NCBI GenBank assembly: GCA_021613535.1
Contig: CP075492.1
Location: 10,478,001-10,542,000 of the forward strand
From: Adineta vaga
Lineage: Eukaryota; Animalia; Rotifera
Reading direction: 5' to 3'
DNA: 64,000 nucleotides
In this document: positions 26,231 through 42,913 of the stretch, in pieces
Layout: the number at the start of each line of letters is the position of its first letter
Position numbering within the stretch: position 1 is the first letter of the stretch
Program-made: the position numbers and the translations under genes
Notes under the pieces: model-generated
Databases searched by the model: none
Seen by the model: only the letters and a program-made list of their open reading frames with translations
Told to the model about the DNA's origin: nothing

Positions 26231-27305
26231 TATTATTTAATTAAAGATAAATTATTTGAAAAATATGATTTGTCTCTATCCAATGGAAAAGAAAAAGAGA
26301 ATAATAAAGATAATTCATATTTGTAGATGATATCATGCAAGAAATAGAGCGATACCAAATGATGCATATTCAAATACAAGAAAAGAAAGAAAAACAAAGT
26401 CTACATAATTAAACTGCAATGTTTATCATTCTTAATTTAGATTTCAATCCTCTTTAATTTTCAATCATCCTTGACTAAGTATCATTGTTTATTCTATTCA
26501 GATTATCTAAAAAAGCAAACTTACTTATCCAACCTAGTTGCCTATGTATCAAACTGTGCGATGCCCAAGTAATGTATATATATGTATATGGATAGAGAAA
26601 TGGATTGTATATTTGTTTTTTCTAGAAGAGAGGCGGAAATACTTTGTAATCTAACTGTCCTCTTCTATTTTTCTTTTGCTTTCTTCTTGGTGACATGTCT
26701 TCATACACCCAGTTCGTCATCAAAAGACAGAAGTTATGTACTCTTTTCTTTTTTCTTCAATTATGTTGTTGATGAGAAAAACATCCAAATAGTACGAGAG
26801 ATATCGCTAAGATGATTGTACATCTCCATTTTGTTCGTTCTCAAAGATGATATAGCCGTCGAAAGAAAGAAAATACATGCTTGTCATTTATTCTCCTACG
26901 CATTCGATTAGTCTAAGGATAGCAAGTATACATCTGCTATTTTACTCGATAGTTGGTTAGTGATACGACAATTACGTCAAATCAATCAAGTATTCATAGT
27001 TACAACATATGAGAATTCAATTTGATCCGTAACCAAAAAAAAGCGAAAATTTTATTTTTATTACTTAAATCAACGCTTGTTTGAAAATAATAATCTTTAA
27101 GTATATACAAGTTCGTATTGCTCGGTGGTAAAATAGAGAATATCCATCAAAGCAACAAAAGAGAAAAAAGAACAAATGAATAAAGAACGTCTAGAAAAAT
27201 ACAATAATTATAATTTTTTTCTCGTCGATTTGAGTAGACAACAACGAATAAAGGAAAGATTCTGGAAAATATATATTAAAATTTTTTGTATTGCTCTCTC
27301 ATCGT

Positions 27306-27828
27306 TTATTGTACTGTTGGACCAGGTGGATCTTGATCATTACGACGCGGCCCCTAGAAAGAAAGAGATGTAATGTGAATGAGAAAATCTCTCATCATCA
27401 TACTTCATTCGATGGTTTGCCGAGATTGTTTCGATTGTTTCGAAGTGTTCGTGGTCGAAAAAGGAAAAGTAATAGAGCAATAGCAAACCATACTGCTAAC
27501 ATTATGTACATATTCGACATTCCTGTATTACCACCACCGACATTTTGAGCACCCGGCACTAAACAAAAAGAAAGAATGTTTTCTCAATAAAAACAAATAT
27601 TCACTGATTGAAAAACATACATGGTCCATTAAAACATTCCGTATCAGTGCATGTTGTTTGTGCATTACGAAGCATATCAGTAAGACGATTCATGGCACGT
27701 TCATGATTCATTTGAAACATATTCTAATAAAAAAAGAATGAGTCGATATGAAAATACTAGACAAATCTTACAATGCATTCACATGGATCAAAACCACCAT
27801 CTCCAGGGTTACCTCCAGCACCGTCCAT
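27306..27828 (-). CDS. SMIM14: Small integral membrane protein 14 (4 coding exons)
   Basis: GGFDPCEC...HERAMNRL..MLRNAQTTCTDTEC...TM...FRPRTLR...QDPPGP. Confidence 0.9.
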
Positions 27829-28305
27829 TATCTATTAGAATTCAGATATGAAAGAAGGAATCTCTATATTGAAAATATTTACCGTAAATAGTACCGAAAT
27901 AAAGAATGAATGTGGATAAGGATGCTAAGAATAGAACTATTTTCAAACGAAAAATAATCTGAAAAAAACAAATCATACATCATATGATTAAATAGAAAAT
28001 AATGTGTTGGCGACCGATTTGTCGTTTCGCTCTATCACGACAATAATAAAAAAATGAGTCCTTTTTTAAAGTGCAACGCATATGATGAAAAAGAACATCA
28101 TATACACCCGAATTTTATTCTAACCAATCAATAATAGCCATGAATTTAGCATCCTGTGACAAATAGCAATCTATCGAATCGATAAGACGTTTTTGGCTAT
28201 AGATAGCGCCATAGATCGAAGTGACTGATATATCACTCAATATAGAAAAACTTCTCATAGGATAGAATGAAATAAAGATTTTGTATATTGATGTTCTCTA
28301 CTTTT

Positions 28306-29145
28306 CTAATCAATAGTATCTAAATATCGTGTCCATTCAATTAAATTCATCCATTCTCTAGTCATATAATGAAAACTAATGGATTCTTTTGAACAACAAT
28401 CAAAACCTGAATAAGGTTTCAATGTATTATAATCCAAATACCATTGTGGAAATTCCATATAATACAACGATAATAATTCTAATGGAAAAAATCGATGTTG
28501 TAAACCATCCATAGCACCATTTAAAGTAACATTAAGATGTTGTAAACATCGACTGATATAGACATCTTCCATTCCTGGAACATACCATTCGGAACAAGTC
28601 GTTTGTAAATTTGGTAACATTCGTTTAAGAGCGACAGTGTTAATGACATAACCTGCACCGCCACTTAAATGAACAGGTGCACCATTTTTCGGTGCAAACA
28701 CATGTCCGAATGCTAATGCTTCTGATGTTTCATACAATAAATGACGTAAATTTTCCATAATAACATATGTATCATCATCAGCCATCAATAACCAATCGAA
28801 ATCATAAGGTTGAGGTTGTTGAATAATAACATTGATTGCATCAAATACTTTAATACTGAGTTCAACATAATTATCACCGACATCAAATAAATTTAGAATA
28901 GGTAATATTGTATTATTCCATTTTGTAAGATTTGTTGCTGCTAAAAAGACATGTTTATCACATCGTTTCGCCCACGTTTGATGTATAGTTAATGCTCGTG
29001 TTGCTAAATTTTGACCAAATGTTTTAATAACACAATAGATGCGTTGATGAGAAGATGAATTCGAAACCGAATCAACTGGTAAAACGAAAAGAAGAAGGAT
29101 AAAACTAAAGAAATTGAAGTTTACCATCATTTTGAAAACATACAT
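28306..29145 (-). CDS. Core 1 beta-1,3-galactosyltransferase-like (GT31/Fringe family), intronless
   Basis: TWAKRCDK, DWLLMADDDTYVIMENL, SGGAGYV, EDV..C, CCS..SISFHY. Confidence 0.85.
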   Translation of the reverse strand: MYVFKMMVNFNFFSFILLLFVLPVDSVSNSSSHQRIYCVIKTFGQNLATRALTIHQTWAKRCDKHVFLAATNLTKWNNTILPILNLFDVGDNYVELSIKVFDAINVIIQQPQPYDFDWLLMADDDTYVIMENLRHLLYETSEALAFGHVFAPKNGAPVHLSGGAGYVINTVALKRMLPNLQTTCSEWYVPGMEDVYISRCLQHLNVTLNGAMDGLQHRFFPLELLSLYYMEFPQWYLDYNTLKPYSGFDCCSKESISFHYMTREWMNLIEWTRYLDTID

Positions 29146-29326
29146 ACATGTGTGTTCTTTTACATTTCGCTACTTCAGTTACATAAATGTCAATAAACTG
29201 TTCTTTTTTTTCTCTTCCGAAAACGAAAAATTATTGTACAAGGCTAATTCAGTTCGATACTAAATTTATTGTTTAATAAAGCTGAGAGTTTTGTTAACAA
29301 CGAAGAGACAAAAAGAAAGAGAGAAG

Positions 29327-31768
29327 TTAAACAATCGTTTGTTTCAAGATTGATGATAATGTTTTCTTCTTTTGATTTTGTTCCAATGATTTACGAATAT
29401 CCGATGGTATTTTTCCATAACATGGTTTACATACAGGTGTTGCATCGACATCGAAAAATTTACTTTTTTCATTCATTTGTGTTTCACATGCTGAACAAGT
29501 AAAATGTTCCTTACAATATTTTTTATTACATGCCGTATAAGCTAGAAGAAAGAAAAAAAACCCATTCTATTGATTGATGAGGGGAAAAGCGTCATTTTAC
29601 CTCCATTAGGAAGAGTTCGATTACAAATACAACATGATGAACCGAAAAGAAAATGATAATCTGTTTCACAATAAGCTAAACCTTTGTATTCGAAATGTTT
29701 GCTTCCAAGAAATGGTTGACCACAACGTGCACAACAAAAATGCTATGAATGAAAATGATATTCATCAATCATAATTCCTTTTAATAAATATATATAAATC
29801 AAACCTCGACATGCCATTGTTTTCCCAGAGCACTAACAACGCGATCATCAATTAAACGTCGACATGCTGTACACACAGGTAAATCAAGTTTGTTATAACA
29901 CGTTTGACAATATAATAAACCATGTACATCTCGAGCGTTTTCATCTAATTCTATTCTAGAAAAGAAATCTCAAATTTTTATCATCATTCTTCTACAAATG
30001 AATAACTAACCGACAAGTTGAACATTGAAAATGGTAGGCATGATAGCATTCACCTTTATATCTGATGTATTTATTTTCAATGAATTGTCTTTAAAGAAAA
30101 ACAAAATGAATCTTTTATTTAACAAATTTGATCTTCTTTACTTACTGACATGTTGAACAAAATGGTAGAGAAACATTTGGATCTTTCAATTTTTCTTTGA
30201 CATGACATTCTCGACATAACGCCCTAGAGAATTGACATTCGTTGTTTGTTATTGTTGAAATAAAGACAATTTCATCATCATTCATTTCTTACCTGCCATT
30301 ATTTTTCGAGAAACCAATATCAAGTAGTGGAATATGACATAGATGACAACGAAAACAATCAGGATGAAAACATTTTTGTATTGCGCGAATAACTCGACCA
30401 ACAATTGGATGTTCTAAATCATTATACGAATTTGATAAAGAAGTCTATTTTTTTATAAGAGAATTTCATACCACATTCCGCACAACAAGGTGCAAATAAC
30501 ATTTGAAAATCTCGTTCACAATATTTTCGACCTTCATGCTTGAAAATACAAATATTCATTTAAAAAAAAACAAATTCAGATGAATTACTTCGAAATATAA
30601 TCCATTTTCAAATGGTTGAAAACATTGAGCACAACTAGAAAGTCATTGCATCGATTTCATTGGATAAAATTTAATTTCAAACTTACACAAAACATTGTGT
30701 ATGCCAAATTTGTCCAGCAGCATTAATAATCTGTTCATTAGTAGCAAATGATTGTTTACAATTAACACATATATTATCCGATGTCATAAAACTAAAATCA
30801 AACGACAAAAAAAGTAATGAATTTTTTCAAATTTCTTTTTTCTTTTCCAACCAGGATTTATTATCAGGTTTCGGTGGATTTGCATTGGTTTTCTTCGCTA
30901 ATTTATTCTTAAATTCTTCATTATCTAATTCAAATGTTTCCAATAAATTATTTAATAAAGCAATACTTGATGATATACTATTGCTATTATCATTAACACT
31001 TGAAGTTCGTCGTTGTTGTTGAGACATATTCATTAATGATCGAGATGACGAGGACACAGACGAGGATACATCCGCATCATTAGATAATGATATTAAATCC
31101 GCTAGAGCATTATTAAGTTGAGTTTCTTTATTAAGAACTTCACTAAAACATTTATTTTGTCGTTTGGAAATCATCGATTCTTGACTACGATTACGTGTTA
31201 ATATTGGTGTCATATTCTGTGAACTTTCAATACTGTAATATGATGAAGATGCTGATGACGGTTGCTCGTGTTTCTTGTAATGATCGTTATTCAATGTTTG
31301 CTGTATTTGTTCTTTCTTTGTTGTTTCTTGTTCTCTATCTCTGGTGACTTGATCTTGATGGATTTTTTCTATGTATGTTTGATTATTCTCGTTAGAAGAA
31401 GAAATATTATTGTCGTCGTTATTATTAACCTTGATATTTTTTGTATGCTGGCAACAATTAGATTCTACTCGGTTGGTAACAACAATATTATCTATCGGTA
31501 AAAAATCTTGAGCGCTTACATAAGGCGTCGAAACACTTCGTGCCTCATATCCTTTAATTAATTCGGAAACCGATGGAACAGTTACTGTTTCAACTGAACA
31601 TAATGATACTGTTGATGATGATGATGATACAGTCATTAGATTTGCATGTGTAGCACGTCGTTGTGGTTTCATTCGAGCGATAGCTTCGGTTAAATCCTGT
31701 TGACTTACACAAAATCGTTGTTGTTGCTGTTGTTTCAATCTTTGCTGTTGTAAACGTTTTCGTTCCAT
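29327..31768 (-). CDS. LIMS1: PINCH/LIMS (UNC-97) five-LIM protein with a long N-terminal extension
   Basis: [39 protein letters not shown] and later LIM repeats; the 313-aa ORF splices in frame (TG|T) to LIM1. Confidence 0.85.
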
Positions 31769-32147
31769 TGTGATGTGTTTCGTTTCAAATTGATTGAAAA
31801 CGTTTATATACTTGTATTCTGATAGGTTTGATTACGTGATCAATTCAAACTATTTTTCTTCTCTTTTGATCATTAAAAAATGAAATTCAATATGATAACA
31901 GACTGATGCTGTTACTGTTGCACATTATTGAAATCAAACGAATAATCATCAATTGAAACAAAACTTTACTGTCGTTCTCATCGTACAGATTGATCTAAGA
32001 TTTGAATGTGTCTTTTTTCTTTCTTGCATAAGAATAGTTTATTGTAGTTTCAAATAAAAGTTCACACGATAAGAACAAGAAAAAGCGTACGATTATCACA
32101 GTTAAAAATAACAACACCTAATAAGTTCTTTATTTGTTTCTATGTCA

Positions 32148-33354
32148 TCAAGCTGTTGTAGGTTGTTTTCGTTTTTGTACTTGATCATCAAATTTCATAT
32201 CCGATGTAAATATGTTTGGAATAGAATTTCCAAAATAAACTTTCGTATTTTGTGCTAAAGCTTGATACATTGACCATTGAAGATATTCGGGTGTTAATTT
32301 AAGTTTATTCGATTCAGCTTCAGTATCACTCTTATATTTATTAGCATCAGCTAATGAACGTTCACGTGCTAAATGCATTTCAGCTTCGATTTCAGCAATC
32401 CTCTTTTCACTTTCTTTGCCAAGAATTTTTTGTTCATATTGAATTTTTGCGACTTGAGCTAACTTTTCTGCTTCAATAACAGCACGACGACGATCTGTTT
32501 CCGCTTCTTTTTCAACAACTTTCTGATGAGCAGTTGTAATCATATATCTAATATTATGATATCAATTAAATCCTTACAATAATAATCTTTTAATGAAACT
32601 TACTGTGTCTTTTCCTGTTCCATTGTTTCATAATTTCGACGAATAGCTTCGGGAATTTTTGGTTTCGTAACTAAATAGAAACTTATTTTCGACGAAAGAT
32701 CTCTCCATTGGAAATATTTTCAAGTACCTCGAACTGAACTGATATAAAGTCCTGGTGCTAAATCATTTAAATCTGTTTGTAATGTTCGTTTAAGATGATC
32801 GTCAATACTGGAAAACAGATCAATATATACTTCTTGTAATGAATGTACTGAACAGAATTGATTAACTTCATGATGGATTTTATCAAAAATTAATGTTCGA
32901 TCATAATAGACAGTATAATTTCGTACAATATCAATAACAGCATCACGATTTAATATATTTACAACTTCGATTTTATCGAAATAGATCATTGTACCACCAC
33001 TTGTACCGCAAGGAATATTTTTAACTAAATAAACAAAACGAAATTGATACAAGTTCTCTTCCTTCAATGACAATGTTAATAATTTACCTTCATCAGTTTG
33101 TAGAGTTGTTTGAACAATTTTAACTGATGTAAGAAATGGTATCATAACATGATAACCTGGTGCAGTCATCGATGTAAGAAGTGCTCCACCTCTAGAATTG
33201 ACCGATGGTGAAAGGAATATTACTTGACATAGATAAATATCGAATTGTCAACTTGCCTGTAATAAATTCCAACATGTCCTTCAGGAATCTGATGAATTCC
33301 TAAGGGAATTATCGCCCCGACGCATGCAAATGCAACTAACCATTTGAGAACCAT
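32148..33354 (-). CDS. ERLIN: Erlin (SPFH domain); first intron is GC-AG
   Basis: [58 protein letters not shown]. Confidence 0.93.
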
Positions 33355-33877
33355 GGTTTGTTTAGAAAGAACGTTTATGAAAACTAGTGAAACAACATAA
33401 AAAAGGAACACAGCACAAGTGATGAGTCATTATTTGTTACGGATCAATAAATAAAATTAGTCAACCAAGTCAATACATTGCTAAATAGCATTTAATTTCA
33501 AACTGACAGTTTTCAATAATTTATTATATTACTGAACACTTTTTCTTTATTACTGATCATAACTTATTAAACATCGATGACATCTACCGGAATATTCATA
33601 GTGTTACACGTATTATTAACCTGTCATTTTGACCGTAGAGACAAATATATTGAAACATAAACGACATCATTAATAATAACCAGTTTTAAATTTTGTAAGA
33701 AAAAGTATGTTTTATTTTGAAAGAGAAAAAGTTTTATGCCAAATTATATAATATCACTGTTAATAAAAAATAAGAAGTCATCAGTTAGTTATCACAAAAT
33801 ATCACAATCTGTCGTCGTCGGTAAATATTCTAAATGAAACAATAAGTGTTAGAAATTATTGGTAATGATAGAATATA

Positions 33878-34593
33878 TTACTCTCTTAATTTCTTGTATG
33901 ATTCTGCATAGATTCGTTTCGTCAGATTATTCACAAATAAATCCATAGATTTTCCATTGCATTCCAAATCTTTTATTGTATCATCATCATCAGCAATCAG
34001 TGTCAACGCCGAAACTATAATATCTTCTGTTATTTGATCAGAAAAATCTTCAAGATCAGATGAAGTAATCATTTCATCGATGTATGTATTCATGGTTTGA
34101 AAAGTTTCAACTGGATCTAATATGTGTTGATCATCGTTGATCTAGGTTTTTCATCGGAGAAGTAAACAAATACTGTGCACTTAAGATCAGAAGATGACAA
34201 ACCTGATGTAAGACAGTTTCTATCGAATGTTCAACAAATTGATCAGCAAAGTTTTCTAAATCAATCAAAGATTGTTGCGTGTGTTTTGATAAATAGAGGT
34301 TTATTCAAACTAAATGAATATTGAACATCAAATGGTCTTTTCAATTTATTGTTGCTATTTGTATTCGGTACACTTTGATAATGAATTGAATCATTATTGG
34401 TTGATGGTAATGAACATCGTGAAGGTTTTTCTTGAACTGCTTCATTTTGATTATTACTTAAAGATCGACATCGTGATAATGTAGTTGGTTCCGATGATCG
34501 ACTCAATGGAAGAATATGTATTAAATGAGTTAAGGCATTTGTAATTGCTTGTTGAACTTGATGATTTACTAGAATTACTAGTTCCTTTTCCAT
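33878..34593 (-). CDS. Unknown protein (at least 2 exons) starting 27 nt after the mtRF1a stop
   Basis: ORFs 34261-34593 and 33878-34093 with coding-like codon use and splice sites. Confidence 0.5.
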
Positions 34594-34620
34594 CTAGAAA
34601 GACAAAAGAATATGTTTGAC

Positions 34621-36292
34621 CTATGTCGAAGGTTTATTTATTAGTTCAATTAAACGTTGTAATCTATCTTGTTGTTTTAATTCTTCAATCATCGCATGTA
34701 AACGATGAGTACCATCAAGAAATTCAGTAACATGATGAGCATTTTCCTGGAGACGTTCATCAGATATACGATTTTGTGGAATATTATAAGTTCGAATTTT
34801 CTCATTACGATTTCCACTTCCAGTTTGTTGTTTACGTGTTCGTTGTAATCGAGCTTGTTGTTCATCATATTGCATTTGATAAAGTCTATTGAGAAAGAAA
34901 CGGTACGATTTAAAGTCAATTCAATATTTTTCTTTTACTTATTTTGCATCGCTTTAATTGCAAGATTTTTATTCTTATTGAAAAATCGTTCATCTTGTCG
35001 TTCGAGGACAGTGCCTAAATAGAGGATAGGAATTTATTTGTTTTGTTAGATATTCGAATAGTTTTCTACCTGTAGGTAAATGTGTTAAACGACAACCAGA
35101 TTCACTTTTATTGACATGTTGACCACCTGGACCACGTGCTCGAATCGGTTCAGCTAGTAAATCTTTAGCAGGAAGTTCGATGTTAATCTAAGCAGATTTC
35201 GAAACGCATCGATATTGAATAAGCTTCAATACAAACTGATTGAAAAGTATTATACGTCAATAGAATACTTAAAATTTCAATCAACCGTATCAAAAACATG
35301 AGTATCCACGTTTTGAAGAGAAAAGTATTGCGATGAAAATCGAATGGAGGTAATTAAGTTTATTCAAGCTGTACTTACATCTTTTGGTTGAGGTAAAACA
35401 GCGACAGTGACTGTACTCGTATGTATTCTTCCACTTTTTTCTGTTTGTGGAACGCGTTGTACTCGATGGACACCACACTCATATTTTAAACTTTTAAATA
35501 CATCGAAACCATTTAGAAATGCTTTTCCTTGACGTAAACCACCTAAAGTAGAAGTCACTAGAATTGATTATGATTGTTATTTTTAATTCTATACCTATAT
35601 CTGTTTCATCATATTCAACTGTTTGGAAAGACCATTTACGAAAGTTAGCATAATTTTTATACATATGAAATAATTCTTTTGCAAAAAGCATTGCTTCTTG
35701 ACCACCCACACCTGTAGTTACTTCAAGTTCCGCATCGTCATTATCAGCTGGTTCTCTTGGTAAAATTTCATCTAGAATCTGTGAATAATCACAAATAAAT
35801 CCTATGCAGACAATATGTATTATTATGCACCTCATTATTAATGAAAGTTAACTTGTTTTCTAATCGAATAAGTTCATCGGCAGCCATTTGTAACATATCA
35901 TCATCATTATTATTATTGTCTATACAAATGACAAAAAAAAATAGATCTTAGTACAAATTCATTCATCTAAAGATCGTAAAAAATTTGATTTTTGTTTTTT
36001 TATGATCACGATAACGATTAGATTATGATTTCGTTACCGTTCGAGAGTTTTCTTGTTTCAATGATATCTTGTAGAATTTTGTCTCGTTTTCTCATTGATT
36101 CTAAAATTGTTTTCAAATATTGAAGTCTTTCGAATGAAGTTTCACTGATTGTTTCTTGCAGTTGATCAAATTCCTTACGTAATTGAGTGATAGATGTTTT
36201 ATTGCATTATCAATAATTGAATTTCTATTTGTTGTTAACATTCGTCGAGAAACTATGACAATGGATAAACGTTTGAAACAAAGTTTCCACAT
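34621..36292 (-). CDS. MTRF1L: Mitochondrial peptide chain release factor 1-like (mtRF1a)
   Basis: [26 protein letters not shown] (PxT motif), GPGGQHVNK (GGQ), RNEKIRTYN; basic presequence. Confidence 0.9.
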
Positions 36293-36723
36293 TTTCGTTT
36301 TCTAGAAAAATAATATCAGATAAACATGTGCGATTGAGATTGCTCGATTGATTAGCTGTGTATATTTCTTTCTTTCTGTGTTTTTTTTATTTATTTAGTT
36401 TTCATGTAAAAAACAAATCGATTGAATGACGAAGAATTATTACAAAAGGAAAAGCAAAACGATGCACGAAAAGTAAAAGAAATTTACAAACATATAGAAT
36501 AGTTCGTATTGTTATGACTGTTCATTCGAAAGAAGGAGAGAAAATAAAAGAACGATTGAAGGTCGTTGATAACAATAAAATACTGCACAATTTCAAGACA
36601 AGATTAATTCGCAATTTATATATATTTATTCACACATCAATGTAAAAGAAAGCAGAATAATTGTGGTAAATACCAATCTGACTGGTAGAAATGTCTTTAT
36701 ATAACAATCATTAGAGAGATTCT

Positions 36724-40255
<3,532 letters not shown>

Positions 40256-40636
40256 CAAAATGCATTTTGATTATTCATATGATTCCATCCCATCGTTCTG
40301 CAATACTAACTACAATGTAAGACGAATGAGCTGTTTATAGAAATTAGATCGATGATGTTAAGAAAAGTTTATATCTTGGATCGACTTTCCGTGAGCAGAT
40401 ACTATCTTTTAGAAAAAACAAAGGATGAGAAAGTTGGCAAAAGTACGACTATTTATGATAATAGAAGACAGCAAGAAATAACGAAGGAAACGTTCTTAAC
40501 TCCGACGTCTCAGTCTGTTTTATTGAAATAAAGCAGCAATAGCTAACACAGTAGGAAGAGAAAAAAGAGAAATAGAAAAAGAAAAAATATTATCGACGAC
40601 AATGATGACGACTGGCGAATAAAATCCGCGCTCAAG

Positions 40637-40664
40637 ACACACACACACACACGCACGCATACAT
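40637..40664. repeat. (CA)n microsatellite, degenerate at the 3' end
   Basis: acacacacacacacacgcacgcatacat. Confidence 0.7.
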
Positions 40665-41479
40665 ACTCATTAACACGACGACAAGAGATAGACGAAAGAA
40701 AACTGTCACTAGATGACGTACGAATAAAAAAAGAATAGAAAAAGAAAATAACATCAGACAGAAATACTAGTTCGTTACTTGTGTCTACTACATTAATAGA
40801 AATCTCTTGACGTAGACAAGCTCTATCATTATGTATTCTACTAACGCATCTATGCTCCTGTTTCCCATTAGATAAAAAAAACAGTTACGAGCATATTTTA
40901 TTTTTTAAGTGCTGTTTTCATTAAACTTATATAATGATCTGCTCTTTTCAAAGTCATGCATGTCTGACGTAAATTAATTTTTCTATGTGCTGATTTCTAT
41001 TAAAATAGGTCATCATCTCTCATACGTCAGTATCATACAAATATACGATTATATTTCACGAGATTTCTAAATAGAAATGTACCGAAAATATTTCTGCTAT
41101 GACAAGAATGACTCGTTGAGAAGTCCATTCTTGTTATTCATTTTAATGGACAATAAAATTAATTTGTGAATAATCTAAAATAAATAAAACAAACGATGAA
41201 TTCTGTCAAGATCTTTTTTTTCTTCTTTTTTGACATGTTTGTGTATTTAAAAATAGATATACGACGAAAAAAGAAAGAAAGAAAGAAAGACATGACTAAA
41301 ACACAGCTTTTACCGGACGTAAACAGGAGAGTTTTAGGAAAACAAAATGAAATGGAAAAAAGAAAGTCTTATTTATTTTCATTAAGATATCATGAACATA
41401 CGAGTACACGAATCGAACTGAAATCTGATAAAAGTACATTGATTAAATCATTTGATAGTTTCTTTGTTTTCATCAAGAT

Positions 41480-42913
41480 TTATATGACTTGCTTTTGTAT
41501 AGATATTTGCCCTTCGTAAACCTTACAAATAAGAAAAGATTCTTTAAAAAAGAAAGCAAAAGCCGTTTCGAAGAAAATCTTACCTTGTACTCGAGAAATA
41601 AGAAAGAAGACGACTGTTCCAAACATAAGTACTATTAATAAACCGAAAATCGGACATAAAATAAGAAATTTTATTGTTTGCTTTCTATTCGTTAATTGAA
41701 TTGTCGATAATAATATCTCTTTATCAATCATATTATTAATTGTTGTTGGACTAACAACAAAACCATTCAAACAATCTGAATCACAACTAATTTTTTCAAT
41801 TGAATCTGGAGTATGAAAATAATTTGGAGATGATCTTTCAGATATTTCATCATTATCACACGTTCGATAAGATTGACAAGTCTAGAAAAAAAAATCGTAA
41901 TGACCTGTTTTTTTTCTTCTTTTCACAACTTACATTAGAACACCGACGAATAATAAATTCCACTCGATCAATTGGAACATCATCAACAAGAAAGATTATT
42001 TGATGACCGGTATCTTCAAGAATTTCGACGGCTGAATCAACACATCTAGAACATAGATAGATTAATTATCTTCATTAGAAATCAACGAGATTTGTCTTTA
42101 TTACCCATGTAAAAACCAATGATTCATTGAATATTCAATTTGACCAGAACGTCTCGCCCATACAATTTCAAATGATTCTTGATCATCTAAAAGAACACAA
42201 ACATATTTTCTCATTTGTTACTTTGTATTCATTTACCTAATCCTGTGGCTGTCAAATTAAATGTATAGAATGTATGAATACTATTATTTGTTTGTGTAAC
42301 CGTAATCATTGGTGCAATTGGTTGATACTAAATTACATTGATTCAATAAAATTTTCATGTCACATCAATCGTACTTACATGGATTCGACAATAAATACAT
42401 GCTTGTTCACCATGGTCTATTGATATCTAAAGAATTTCATGTCAATTCATATAAATCTGAACATTGTACATACAACTGGAACTTTTAAATATTCTGATCC
42501 CAATCGTGTTATGTTACATTGATGAACAAATCCTTGATATTTTCCTCGATGTTGACAAAATGAATTCGTATTTGCAAATTTCCAATTAAATCCATTACTC
42601 TATAAAAGAATTTTACTTTCCTATTAAACAATAATCTATCTATTTTTTTTGTTAAATTTACATTAATTTCATTAAATATTAAATAAGAATTATTGCACTT
42701 AACATCAATATCTGATCCGAATGATAATGTTTCAATAAATGAACATTGCGAATCTTCTTTCATAGTCCGTTCTAAATAAAATTTTGAACAAAAAAAAATG
42801 TCTTCTTCGTTCGTTCAATTATTCTTACCTTCACATTTGATTATTAATATACTAATCAATATGATAAAGAACTGCACTGAAATGTGTCTGATTCGAAAAG
42901 AACACGTTAACAT
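41480..42913 (-). CDS. Unknown type I membrane/secreted protein, multi-exon
   Basis: Hydrophobic N-terminal segment, Cys-containing ectodomain exons, C-terminal TM (FLILCPIFGLLIVLMFGTVVFFLI). Confidence 0.5.
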
